Source of the DNA: Octopus vulgaris
Lineage: Eukaryota
Reading direction: 5' to 3'
DNA length: 64,000 nt
Assembly (NCBI GenBank): GCA_951406725.2
Contig: OX597817.1
Span: 5,208,001-5,272,000, forward strand
This document shows positions 24,085 through 37,977 of this stretch, in pieces. Position 1 is the stretch's first letter. The number at the start of each line of letters is the position of its first letter. A program made the position numbers and the translations under genes. Below the pieces are notes generated by a model. It had not been told where the DNA came from. It made no database searches and saw only the letters and a list, made by a program, of their open reading frames with translations.

Positions 24085-25035
24085 ATGGTAAACTGGCAGA
24101 ACCGTTAGCACGCCGGGCAAAATTCTTAGCGGTATTTCGTCTGCCGCTACGTTCTGAGTTCAAATTCCCCCGAGGTCGACTTTGCACTTCATCATTTCGG
24201 GGTCGATTAATTAAGTACCAGTTACGCACTGGAGTCGATATAATCGACTTAATCCGTTTGTCTGCCCTTGTTTGTCCTCTATGTGTTTAGCCCTGTGTGG
24301 GTAGTAAAAAAATAGTTATTGCGTCTGCCATTACGTTCTGAGTTGAAATTCCGCCGAGGTCGACTTTGCCTTTTATCCTTTCGGGGTCGACAAATTAAGT
24401 ACCAGTTACACACTGGGGTTGATGTAATCGACTTAGTACCTTTGTCTATCCTTCTTTGTCCCCTCTATGTTTAACCTCTTGTGGATAATAAAGAAACAGG
24501 TATTTTGCCAGCCGTTACGGTCTGAGTCCAAATTCCGCCGAGGTCGACTTTGCCGTTTATCTTTTCGGGTCGATTAAATAAGTACCAGTTACGCACTGGG
24601 GTCGATATAATCGACTTAATCCGTTTGTCCGTCCTTGTTTGTCCTCTCTGTGTTTAGCCCATTGTGGGTAGTAAAGAAATAAGTATTTCATATACCGCTA
24701 CGTTCTTAGTTCAAATGCCGCCGAGGTCGAGTTTGCCTTTCATCCTTTCGGGGTCGATAAATTAAGTATCAGTTACGCACTGGGGGTCGATGTAATGGAC
24801 TTAATCCCTTTGTTTGTCCTTCCTTGCCCCCTCTATGTTTAGCCCCTTGTAGGCAATAAAGAAATAAGAAACGTTAGCACACCGGACAAAATATTAAGCG
24901 GTATTTCGTCTGTCCACCACGTTCTATGTTCAAATTCCGCTGAGGTCGACTCTGCCGTTAATCCTTGCGCACTTGATAAAATAAGTACCAGTCTTTCCCT
25001 CAAAAACTGTTGGCCGTGAACTAAAATTTAAAATC
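24085..25035 (+). repeat. Head-to-tail array of five SINE family A units (about 184 bp period)
   Basis: Units start near 24085, 24315, 24499, 24682 and 24868; each has gttcaaattccgccgaggtcgac..aagtaccagttacgcactgg. Confidence 0.92.
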
Positions 25036-25750
25036 ATTGCTGATGACTTTGCTACAATAGCAGATAGTATTTTTGTTGTTTCATTCATGCGCGTCGATGT
25101 TGACGTTGGTGATGATAGTTATGATGATGATGGCTGTGCGAACTGGTTGTGTATTTCGATTTATGGTAGCTTTTTTAATGCATTGCGTTTATACTGAGGT
25201 CTGTGTTACGGATTTTGTTGTTGTTGCTGTTGTTATTGGTGGTGGTGGTGGTGGTGGTGGTTGTGGTGGTGGTGGTGGTGGTGGTGGTGGTGGTGGTGGT
25301 GATGGTGAAGTAAGGTTATGGTTGTTGCTTTTCTTTTTGTTGTTAGGCTCTTGTATTTGTTTTTCTATTATCTAGAGGAAGAAGCTGAATCGGTGCTGCT
25401 AATGTTAATTCCAAACAGCTAAAATTCTAAGGTTACAGGGGACATAAAGGATGGTTGACGAGAAAATAGGAGAGTAGACAGTCAAGGCTGTCTACACTGG
25501 GTGGATAAGAGACCAGCATGCTCTGAGGAGCAGAAGCCACAGTAATACTGTAAAAAAAAGTAAGGGCATATAGAGATTTATACAGGAATTTTATTGTGAA
25601 GGGCAAAGGTATTTTGACTATTGTGTTCGTGTTGGCATATATGAACCATTATAAATATATTATATGTACACATGTACTTATACAAATACATGTAATTACA
25701 TATACTAGCAACACACACACATGCACACACACTCATATATATATATATAT

Positions 25751-26155
25751 TACTCTTTTATTCTTTTACATGTTTCAGTCATATGACTGCGGCCATGCTG
25801 GAGCACCGCCTTTAGTCGAGCAAATCGACCCCGGGACTTATTCTTTGTAAGCCCAGTACTTACTCAATCGGTCCCTTTTGCCGAACCGCTATGTGACGGG
25901 GGCGTAAACATACCAGCATCAGTTGTCAAGCAATGCTAGGGGGACAAACACAGACACACATACATATACATATATATATATATACATATATACGACAGGC
26001 TTCTTTCAGTTTCCGTCTACCAAATCCACTCACAAGGCATTGGTCGGCCCGGGGCTATAGCAGAAGACACTTGCCCAAGATGCTACGCAGTGAGACTGAA
26101 CCCGGAACCATGTGGTTAGTTAGCAAGCTACTTAACACACAGCCACTCCTGCGCC
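25751..26155 (-). mobile_element. Full-length SINE family B
   Basis: Head ggcgcaggagtggctgtgtg..ccgggttcagtc; tail actgaaacatgtaaaag. Confidence 0.9.
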
Positions 26156-26169
26156 TATATATACATATT

Positions 26170-26346
<177 letters not shown>

Positions 26347-26638
26347 GTGTGTAAGTGTTAGTGTGTCTAAATAAGTAGCTATATATATATATATAATCAT
26401 ATCGAAGGGAAATGGAAATTAATAGAAATTTTCATTCCCAGTGGCCTAGCGTGTAAAAATTTAGTCCCTAGATTATGTATTACACATAAAATACAGTGTA
26501 CATTTAAACATATATGGAATCCACTCGCGGGTGAATTGTATATGAATGACAACATATGCAAATATATATCCGCCCACATAACTACCTATATATCTACCTA
26601 TCTACCTGCGTATACATAGATAATACAACCCCAACTTC

Positions 26639-26703
<65 letters not shown>

Positions 26704-28017
26704 AATATATATATATATATATATACATATAAATATATACATATATATATGTATATATATATATATAACTACATACACGCACGCACACACACACACATAT
26801 ATAATGCATATGCAAGCGTACATACATAAATGCATACATACGCCCACTGCACACACTTTATCATACACAGACACTACACACTCACTCACAAACACTACCA
26901 CTATCTAACTCAGAGCTTTCATCTACTAAATTCAGCTTTAAAATTCTAGTAAACCTGAGGCTATTACGTAATACACTTATTTGCGCTACAATGAAGCAAA
27001 ATGTATCTGAACTCGGCAATAATTGTTGGTGTTATTGCTGTTATTTTGATTATTGGTCTTAGGTACATTTGCTTTGTTGTATTGTTGCTGTTTTTGTTGT
27101 CTGCTTCCCATTTAAAGCCTGCCAAGCAGTCATATTACCAAATGCTTCTTCAGTTTTGACCATCTGGTAATTCTTTCATCTAGCCACAGTATAAAATTAC
27201 ACATTTGGTCAGTCCATTTTCAACATAGTTTACTGTGAATTGAAGGGATATCTGGCTACTAACTCTAGCAGATCGAGTCGTTATTGATGTTTATTTGCTG
27301 CCGTTACTATTGTAGTTTCTTCCAGTGTAGTTAACATCAGCAGTGACATCTGCTGATTTATCCAAAATCTTTTTAATAGCTGTTGCTGTTCATTCTGGTA
27401 TATAGTTATTTTAATTGTCATCGTTACGTTTCTCTTTACGTATTACATATGTTGTTGCCATCGGTGCTTTTGTTAGAACAAGAGAGGTGTCGTAGATGTT
27501 ATGCATCTTTTCTTTTTGTTATTTATTTTTTTCTGTGGTTTGACGTTGCTTCTTTTCCAGTCTCTCAAGGTAGGAGGAAGCTGGATGTGAATATACATGA
27601 ATTACTGACAATGTGTATCCTTGCGCACTGTTTTATTTATGTATATGCGCGTGTATTTCAACCTCCATATGTAAAATGTGTAAAAAAAATTTGAAAGAAT
27701 CTACCCTGACAAATCCATGAATGTCTATCTATGAATATGTATATATCTATATGTAAATCAATGTATGTGCAAGTATATTTTCATGTGTATGTGAGTTTAT
27801 CTTTATGAGATATTCTCTCCTTACTAATCCATGTTTCTACGTTTCTCTATGGATAGGTAATGCCATATATATTTACATGTATGTGAGTACATCTCTATAT
27901 TTCCAAGATATTCTACGTTAACATATGCATATCTTTGTATATTCATATACATGTAGGTACGAGTTTGTGTGTTTGTGTAGCCTTATATACATACATACAT
28001 ATACATATACATATATT

Positions 28018-28084
<67 letters not shown>

Positions 28085-28116
28085 AATTAATTATATAGAT
28101 GCTTGCACATAAACAA

Positions 28117-28180
<64 letters not shown>

Positions 28181-28905
28181 AATTAATTATATCGATGCCT
28201 GCACATAAACAAGAATATATATATATATATATACTTGTGTATGTGCAGGCATCGATATAATTAATTGCACATCATAATTCCTCGTAACCAGTTAGATACT
28301 AGAAACATTCTGCTGTTATAAATGTCCCCTGAGAGACGCTAGTACTCACTCAGATAACTGCAGGAATTCCTTTTAATTACACTCATATTCCCCACCACCA
28401 ACACTGTATTTATATGGTACTACAGACTTTATAGTTCCAACTGATTCGCTTTACTGTTTACATATGTAAATCACAACAGGCATGCACTGTATATAGATCT
28501 GCGAGTATCACTTTGTGTCTGTATTTACTTAGTCTTTTATTTGTTTTAGTTATTTTAACTGCAGCCATGCTAGAGCACCGCCTTGAAGGGCTTTTAGTCA
28601 AACAAACTTTTGAAGGACTTTTAGTCTAACAAAAACTATATATATATATATGAGGGTAAAGAGCAGAAGTCCCAGCAAATTTTTGTGGCAGACCACCAAT
28701 CGCCTTTGTATACCAATCTTCACTCTCGACGCCGCCGATGTTATCCAAGGGAAAGGCAAAGACCGGGTCAGCTTGGGACCACAACTTTGCCACTCATTTC
28801 TACAGCTGAGTGAACTAGAGCATTATGAAATAAAGTGTCAGTGAATTGAACACACAACCTCACTATTGTAAGCCTGATTCTCTAACCATGCGCCTTCAAT
28901 TACAA

Positions 28906-28984
<79 letters not shown>

Positions 28985-29268
28985 TATATATATATGTATG
29001 TGTGTAAATATATATATTGACCTTCGAAACGTGGAGTAGATGAAATTAAGGCGACTGAAGAAGGGGAATTTTCCTTGTTTTGTATGTCCTATACTCTATT
29101 TTTTAGTTATTTTTTTTTAAACGTCCACTTCCTTGGATTTGTGTTTATGTTTTCGTTTCTCATTGTGTTCGACGTTTTTTGGTGTCCTGTACCCATATAT
29201 GCATGTATATATACGTGTAGAGGTAGGTACGTACATATATGTATGTATATATGCATATTATTTATTTA

Positions 29269-29318
<50 letters not shown>

Positions 29319-29489
29319 GGGAGAGAGAGAGTGAGAGGACGATACATACATGCATACGTACATACTTATATCGTCATCACCATCATCATCAAAATCATCA
29401 TCATCATTATCATGAACATTTACATCATCATCGTCGACTTCGTCATTATTATTATTATTATTATCATAGGTTGTCCATCGATATTAAGG

Positions 29490-30340
29490 ATATCTCTCCA
29501 TATGTACTAGGCAAAAGTCGTAATATCAAACGTATATCGTTTTTTCTTTCGCGATAAATTGTCCAAGTCAGCACAGAATTTTCTCAGCATGATATTGTTT
29601 CTGATGTTCTTTAGTCATGTTGATTCTTCTAATCTCGCTCTTGCATGTCAGTGGTGTATATATGCATAAATGTTGCCCGTTTTGATATAAAGTCAGTATC
29701 TCTTATCCATGCAATGGGATCTATAGTACTATTGTTTAGTATAGTTTGCATTTTATATGCACGGTAATATACTCGTTTTTCCATAATTCCACTCTCGATT
29801 TTTTGGAATGTGAAGCTGATCTTGCTCAAAGTAGTTTCTTATAAGCCTACAATCATTACAGGTTCTGTTGCCTGGAAAGGTAAATCAACTTGTCTCTTCC
29901 AATTTCGCAGTCTTCAGAATGTTAACATCCAATACTAACTGTATGTCTGCGTTACCAAAATCATCACTAGATTATAAATACCCGATGGATCACAGAAAGC
30001 ATGAAACAGAATCGTCAAAAAACAGCATTTTCCTCACTAACATAAATGTAGTCATAGTTTTATATTTGGGATAACACGTTTCTAACAGGTTAGCCCCAAG
30101 TATTATTTGAAGTTGTTTGTATACATATTCAGTTGAACTACGTAATGGCTCCCCGAACCCAAACATGTAGGGGTTAGCGCGCAACGGTACTTGACTCTCG
30201 TCTGAGTTCAACATTTTAAGACATCGTGCCATTGTGCACTTTCCGACATTCAAAAATTATGAATAACTTTTCAGACGCGTTGGCGAAAGCAATAAAGACA
30301 GGGTACAACAAGTTGTACTCTTCGATACATTTCTCCTGAA
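29490..30340 (-). mobile_element. Highly decayed RTE-like LINE RT fragment
   Basis: Broken minus-strand motifs MLFFDD, L.VN..KT and SKIS in RT order; many stops. Confidence 0.4.
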
Positions 30341-31224
30341 AACTGGTAAAGAGTGAAAAGATATCAGTGATGTGTCTTCAGTTCGTTCAATCTAAGGGAG
30401 GATTACTGTGCCACTCTTTTCACTTTTATTTATTAAGCATCAATCTTGTGAGGAGCTTACGATTCGAAAACTGTTAGCAAGCTCAACGTGCAAACACACG
30501 CACACACACACATGTGTGCGCACATCATAATAAATGGTGTGCTGGTGTTTGTATTCAAGAAGTATGGTCTGGAGATTCTTTATGCTAAAATTCAATTAGG
30601 CGATTCGATAAGTGGATTCCAAGGAAATAAGTACTAGCTAGAAAGTAATACAAAATGGGTGGCTGTATTCCGAAGGTTAAAATAGTAAAATATAATACAA
30701 GCGATACGAGAGATCATTTATCTAACAGCTGTGTTTACAGGAAAAGAATTCCTTCTGTAATTTCCGGATTCTTTCTCTCGCCTCATTCCTTTCTTAAATA
30801 TAAGGAAAATACAAGCATCCTTCAATTTCTGTGGAATATCACAATATTGCTTATGATCCGAGCATCATACATCTCCACACACGAACACCCACACCCAAAC
30901 ACACACTCACACGCACACACAAACACACACAAACACACACACACACGTACGTGCATGTGTGAATAAATGTTTACTAGAACATATATCCATAAATACAGAC
31001 CAACAGCGGCCAAATAACTATACTAACGTCAATTGGTTGCTCAGGCTGGGGCGTCTTTACGCATTTTTGTTCTTCTTTCCATCTCCAGTTTATTCCGATC
31101 TTTCCCCCTGATTTTCTTCTGCACCAAGAAAAGTGATATCCGAAACCTCATATCTGTTAACTTCTCTGTTCTCAGGCATCAAGCAAATAATACGGAAGGG
31201 AGGGGGAAGTGAGAGAGAGAGAAA

Positions 31225-31268
<44 letters not shown>

Positions 31269-31914
31269 GGGATAGAGAGAAAGGGAGAGAGACGGAGGGA
31301 GAGACGGAGAGAGACGGAGGGAGAGGAAGAGAATGATTGAGAGGGATAGAAGGGAGAGAGAAAGAGCGAGATAGTCAACAGGTGAGATTCTGAGATGTTC
31401 AATACGGAATACAGGTATTTTGAAATTACACTCCTAAATCTTTATCTAGGACAAAGTCTTTGCAGTAAAGATTAACCATAACGGGAATATCGGTGAGGTG
31501 ATATGGAGATAAAGATGGAAATAAACAAATCGACGCAGTTGGCATTTAAATATAAAATATACATACATGTAAACATGTAAATAGATATGGGGCATATATA
31601 TAGAGAGAGAGAGAACCAAAGGCTAAAAATATTCAGAAGGTGAACATTCATGTATAAATTTATAGATATTTCTGTATTTACAGAACAGATATACGTGGAG
31701 TACAAATGATACAGAAAACTAAGGATAGAGTACATGGTATTTCAGGTTCGACATCTGTTTCTGGGGGCTCAGAATTACGTAATAGTTGTAATTTTTGCAG
31801 ATAGAGTGCACAAGAAATCACGAATATGAGACGAGTAGTGAATGCATATAAATTCTAAGTCAGGCCTCCGTCTTCAGGGTGAAGAAATGCTCTCCTCAAT
31901 ATCTTTAGGTTTTG

Positions 31915-31976
<62 letters not shown>

Positions 31977-32003
31977 TGTATATTTTATATATCAGACCAA
32001 ATC

Positions 32004-32340
32004 TTGGAGTAAAGCTTGTTTGCCAAGATAACAGGGCGGTCCTGGTTTAGAACGAATATTGCTGTAATTAAGCTCCAGGAGACACCGTCTCCAGCTGGCT
32101 ATACCACACGGTTTGTGTCCTTACATTTTTCGACCAGAGGAATCGGGCACCCAATTTCTGTGTATCGCGATACTGTTTTGAGCTGAGTGGGGATGCTAGA
32201 TTCCCTTGTTCGAAAAAATGTAAGGACACAGATCGTGTCGTATAGCCAGCTGGAGACGATGTCTCCTGGGCCTAATTTACAGTAACATTCGTCCTAAATC
32301 AGGACTGCCATGTTATGCTGGCAAACAACATTTACTCCAA
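32004..32340. mobile_element. Fold-back / MITE-like element with ~140 bp inverted arms
   Basis: ttggagtaaa..tgtttgcca..gtctccagctggctata..tgtgtccttacattttttcga is mirrored by tcgaaaaaatgtaaggacaca..tatagccagctggagac..tggcaaaca..tttactccaa. Confidence 0.85.
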
Positions 32341-32475
32341 AGTATTGTTGCTGAATATCTCTTGTTGTGAGATTTCAAAACAGTAATTTTGCAAACCAAA
32401 GCTTGTATATGTGTTTATTTGCATGATTACCACCTGCTGCTCCCCCCTCTCTCTCTCTCTTTCTTTCTGCATATA

Positions 32476-32577
<102 letters not shown>

Positions 32578-32654
32578 TATAAATATATGAATATATATAT
32601 ATGTATATATATAAATATGTATATATATATATGTATATATATGTATATATAGAT

Positions 32655-32721
<67 letters not shown>

Positions 32722-33087
32722 TACACACACAAAAGATTAAGGAGAAAACGGAGAGATAATTAATAAAATATTATTTATTAATTATATAATATGACAACAC
32801 CCCTGACAGATGTTTCGATTCAGTAATCTTTAGATAATTAATTTATAAAATTAAAATCATTTATAAGAGGAATTTCTTCGGCAGTAGTAACGATATACCG
32901 AATAGTAATGCAAACGGTTTGCAGCCGTCCTTTCAACATGTCTTTCCTAAATATTCTTTAAATATATAAATATATAAACCACGGTTTATATAGTTACCTT
33001 ATAGTTGAACTTTCTATGGATTGGTAACTAACCAGTATTTACATTGAATTTTATTATCCCTTAATGAGTTTTATAATCATTATTCGA

Positions 33088-33118
<31 letters not shown>

Positions 33119-33535
33119 ACTACACGTAGGAGTCATACGTGAGCTTGTATAATGCACGCTACAGTATCCGACAGTCGTTCTGGCTCAAATATTAAAGCTA
33201 TTCCGTAAGAAAATTAAACGAAACAAAAGAGCGAGAAAGCTAAATATGACAAAGCAGCGACAAAAAAGACAATCAAGATGGCTGTAAAAATAAATTCGAG
33301 GAAAAGGGAGATAATTCCATTTATAGGATCTAGATTGCCTCGTTTTATCTCGTTAAATAAAGTACTTTGTTAATATTAAGAGTTTACGACTGTAAACAAT
33401 TATACCTGGTGTGTTCTTTTGAATTAGGAGAAAGCCGGGGATATGTTAAACTGTGTCTAATTCGGTGAGTGATTCGTTTTCACAGCTAAACAGATCCTGT
33501 ACATTTTTGAGCCACATGTTGATGTGTGATATACT

Positions 33536-33767
33536 TATTTCTTTACCACTCACAAAGGGCTAAACACAGAGAGGACAAACAAGGACAGACAAACGGATTA
33601 AGTTAATTATATCGACCCCAGTGCGTAACTGGTACTTATTTAATCGACCCCGAAAGGATGAAAGGCAAAGTCGACCTCAGCGGAATTTGAACTCAGAACG
33701 TAGCGGCAGACGAAATACTGCTAAGCATTTCGCCCGGCGTCCTATCGATTCTGTTAGCTCGCCGCCC
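33536..33767 (-). mobile_element. Young SINE family A with a 16-bp target-site duplication
   Basis: TSD tgatgtgtgatatact at 33520-33535 and 33768-33783. Confidence 0.92.
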
Positions 33768-34249
33768 TGATGTGTGATATACTGCTGTTCTTCAGGCTCT
33801 AGATATGGTTCGCCAGCGTCTTAGTTTTCTCTATGTCCACGACTGGTGACTGGTGTATCTTATTTTGAAGCCACTTGCTTACGATCCAGTACATTGTTTT
33901 TTCCTTTCCTCTCACTCATTTGGCGGAACGGAGGTGATTACAGCTTCGTGTGATGATGCATTTATGTGGGCAAAGTATCTGACTTGCTATAGTTCCAGTC
34001 TATAGGGGACATCTTTAAACTGATGATTTACATATTAGGGACGCAGCTATTAGATGCTTTCTTGAAATGCCTACGATTTTGTTTTCATTACATTATATTA
34101 TCGCCCGCTTGATTGTGTACTTTTTGCTGATCCTATCAATAACGAAGCGAGCACTATATGAGAGTACGTGCTCGAGTATTGTGATGTATGAGTGCCTTTG
34201 TATATTAATATATCTTTATATTCCTAGGAGTATGAATAGCGAGAGAGAA

Positions 34250-34319
<70 letters not shown>

Positions 34320-35038
34320 AAGACAGAAAGAAAGGAAGGAAGAAAGAAAGGGAAAAATAATAGGTAAGAATCACTATAAAGTCTTGTGCAATTTTAAATT
34401 GGTATAATATTTGTTCTATATATGGAGGAATTAGTCGCAGAAAAAGAACAAGGGAAAGCGTTCGGTTTAAATTTAAAAGGATTAATCTTCAGATTAAGAA
34501 TTTTTAACATTTTTACTTTTGTTATGGGCAAAAAAATCATCGTGCGATATTGAAGCTCTGCAGATAAAATTAGCAACTGATTGTTAGTGGTTCCCTGAAT
34601 CACAATAATAAAATTAGATCACATATTGAGCAAAAAAGCGATGCTGTGTTTAATATATAGCAATATTTACATGTTCTTGTAATATAAAGTTTAAGCAATT
34701 TTTTTTTAAATTTATAAACGATTATAATTCAAGTTTCGATTTACAAATATGAAATAGATGCACGAACGATTTACATACTCTGTGTTGTTTAAATCACCAA
34801 TTATATATACATATATACGATATATGTGCGCTTTCATGCACCATGCATTATATATATATACATATAAATATATATATATACACATAAACACACACATACA
34901 TATACATACATATGCATGAATATATGAATGCTTATATATATATCTGTGTATATATATACACATATATATATATATATGGTTAATCCAAAAGAAAAAACAG
35001 AAAAAACAACACAAGGAGGTGGAACAATTAAAGTATTA

Positions 35039-35075
<37 letters not shown>

Positions 35076-35077
35076 GG

Positions 35078-35120
35078 AGCTTCTACAGGACTAGTACTGT
35101 TTCATTCATCTTCAGGAAGT
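35078..35120 (-). ncRNA. Type I hammerhead remnant (stem II deleted)
   Basis: Minus strand: cttc-CTGAAGA-tgaat-GAA ACAG tactagtc CTGT A-gaag. Confidence 0.6.
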
Positions 35121-35635
35121 ATTTAACAAGAATTGTATTAGCATTTATACATTTAGGCAGGTTTAAAGGAGTGGTATGGGGACTTTTTATATATATGTAT
35201 ATATATATTTGTATGTATGTATGTGTATATGTGTATATATAGGTACACATGTGTATGTGTATGTGTATGTATATATGTGTATGTATGTATGTGCACACAT
35301 GTATATATATGTATGCGTGTATATGTTTATATATATATATATATGTACATAGGTGTATGTGGGTGTATGTATATATAGGTGTAAATATGTGTATATAGGG
35401 AACTAGGTGTGTTGTGGTGTGTGCATGAGTGTATGTGCGTATGAATATATATTTTTATGTGTATATATGTATGTGTGGTCGTGGGTATATGCGTGCATGC
35501 ATGGGAGTGAGTGTATGCATATATACGTGTGTGTATGTGTAGACAGGTATAGGCATGTGCATGTGAATAAATTTGTATATGTGGGCGGGTGTATGTATGT
35601 GTGTTTGTAGATATGTATGTATGTGTGTATATGTG

Positions 35636-35682
<47 letters not shown>

Positions 35683-35997
35683 ATGTATATATATGTGTAT
35701 ATATATATGTGTGTGTAGATACGTATACATGTGTGTATAGGTATAAGTGAGAATCTCCTTATTTACCTATAACTCTATCCCCCCCTTTTTTATATATATA
35801 TTTTTATATATATATTTTTTATATATATTTTTTATTTTTTTATTTTTTTATTTATCTATTCTTTCATCTAACTTACCACTGACTCCTTGACCACTCCCCA
35901 AGTATGATATTTTGCGCTATATATACCCCCAAAAGTCCCCATACCACTCCTTTAAACCTGCCTAAATATATAAATGCTAATACAATTCTTGTTAAAT

Positions 35998-36041
35998 AGC
36001 TTCCTGAAGATTTCTCTTGAATGAAACAGTATATAGAAGCT
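35998..36041 (+). ncRNA. Type I hammerhead remnant (stem III deleted)
   Basis: agcttc-CTGAAGA-t ttc tctt gaa t-GAAAC agtatata-gaagct. Confidence 0.6.
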
Positions 36042-36124
36042 CCTTCTATATAATAAATTAATTTTACTCTGCTATGTATTGAGTACCTTACTTACTGTGG
36101 TTAACCCCGAATCAACCCGGGACC

Positions 36125-36180
<56 letters not shown>

Positions 36181-36195
36181 ATATATGTGTATATA

Positions 36196-36252
<57 letters not shown>

Positions 36253-37644
36253 ATATGTATACACACACATACGCAAACACACACACATCTATATATGATA
36301 CTATATTGTATTATATATTATGTTTACTAATACACTAACAGAAAACCGGATTTACACTCTGTTGGAATATTGCTATATATACCCCAGTATTGTTTTAATG
36401 AAATCACATTCAGTTTAATGCGAAACTAATTTGATTTCCTCTGAAAATTATTTTCCATGTAAGAAATGAATTGACTCTTGACGCCATGTCTGTTCTCTAA
36501 CGCTCTGCACTAAAAATACACCTCAACGTGTCTAATACATTCGAAAATTCATTTTTTTTAATAGCATATAAATTAATACATGCCTGTTAAGTAAGAACAC
36601 CGATTTAATAGAAAGGTAAATAGATGTAATTCTATTTGAAACTATTATTTAACATATGTTTTGTGTTTTATTCTCAATATTCTTGAAATAGTAGACATTG
36701 TATGCTTGAAAATGCTGTACGCTTGAAAAAGGCTGCAAGCGTTCGTCAGATTTGAATCGACCTACTAACTACTGAATTTTTCCTTTTTCCTCCAACTATT
36801 TAATTGAAAGGGACTTACTTTATTCCTTTTGTTTGTTTTTCTTCTTTTATTTTCCAGGAGTATGTAATTATTTATTGTCTAATATAGCATAGTGTGCAGT
36901 TCGAATCCAGCTACATTTTTATAGTCTGTATTGTATTTACAAAAATGACTTTTCTTCTTCAATCATCTGAATTAATTTTCAATGGAATGTAGCGCGAAAG
37001 GTCAAATTGAATTCTTTGTTCCTTTTGTATTTTCTCTCATTTGCAGGCCTCAATTTTTGATATCATTACAACTCATCAGTGCAGCTTATGGATTTACAGA
37101 TTTTTCTATGCGTTGTGCAGACGAAATATAAAGCTATAGAAATAGGCAGGTGCAGATGATGGTGAAAGACAGAAAAAAGAAAAGAAACTGAAATATTGAT
37201 AGAATATTGCGACTTTAATTAGATTTAAACTATCACGCTTAGCTTTACATTGAAAATTAATAGAGCTGAAGAAAATAGTTTTGTTAATATAGTACAAAAT
37301 ACTAAATTTTACCTAGATTCGAACATTCAATTTAAGCTTTAAGTTAAACAATACTTAATTAGTTCTACGCTGAAAAGGAGAAAAATAACTATTCTCTTGA
37401 ATAGTAGACAGAAAAATATGTCTTGTGAATGCTGCCATAGAATGTATTGACAAATGAAAAGCGAGATCTAATTCGGATGAGGATGTCAAGACGTGAAAAC
37501 GTTCGCTATCTAACTTAAGCGTGGTGTGAAGTTCGAATCCAGTTACGTTATAATATTTTTTTATTTTTGTATTTTGCATTCGCGAAGAGGGATATTGGTA
37601 ACTGTTAAGACCTGGATGCGCAATACACAGAAGATTGTTTGTTC

Positions 37645-37845
37645 CTTCTCGAGCTATGCCTGGCTCATAGGACCGGTTTCCCGGTTTCCTTGGTGTATAG
37701 ATTCCCCACCTGAACGGGACGCCGGTCCGTCGCAGGTGAGCTGCAAGATGCAGGAGGAAAGAGTAAGAGAAAGTTGTGGCGAAAGAGTCAGCAGAAGTTC
37801 GCCATTACCTTCTGCCGGAGCAACGTGGAGCTTAGGTGTTTCGCA
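37645..37845 (-). mobile_element. SINE family C body with an alternative tail, 5'-truncated
   Basis: gaaacacctaagctccacgttgctccggcag...ccacaactttctc shared with 38557 and 15912. Confidence 0.65.
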
Positions 37846-37977
37846 GTCAGGTATTGTTTACCAGTCAGGTATTGATGTTAGTTAACATTCTCTCTCTCTC
37901 TCCCCTATTTGTTCCGATCGGTCGGTCTGTCTGCCTTTCTGAAAGAAATCGGCGACGTTCAGACCTGCAGAGATATG

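Larger units (their letters stand above)
34978..36128. mobile_element. Non-coding Penelope-derived structure with inverted ~120 bp arms, each holding a hammerhead remnant
   Basis: About 35068-35188 is the reverse complement of 35931-36052; both contain CTGAAGA and GAAAC. Confidence 0.7.

Noticed and set aside
24085-25035. CRISPR-like periodic array
   Set aside because: Units are homologous along their full length with no unique spacers; SINE-derived, eukaryotic context.
29015-29100. GAAAC and CTGAAGA motifs, possibly a Penelope terminal remnant
   Set aside because: Could not build stems I-III; too degraded to call.
37021-37150. Strong plus-strand splice acceptor at 37046
   Set aside because: All three frames stop before a convincing donor.
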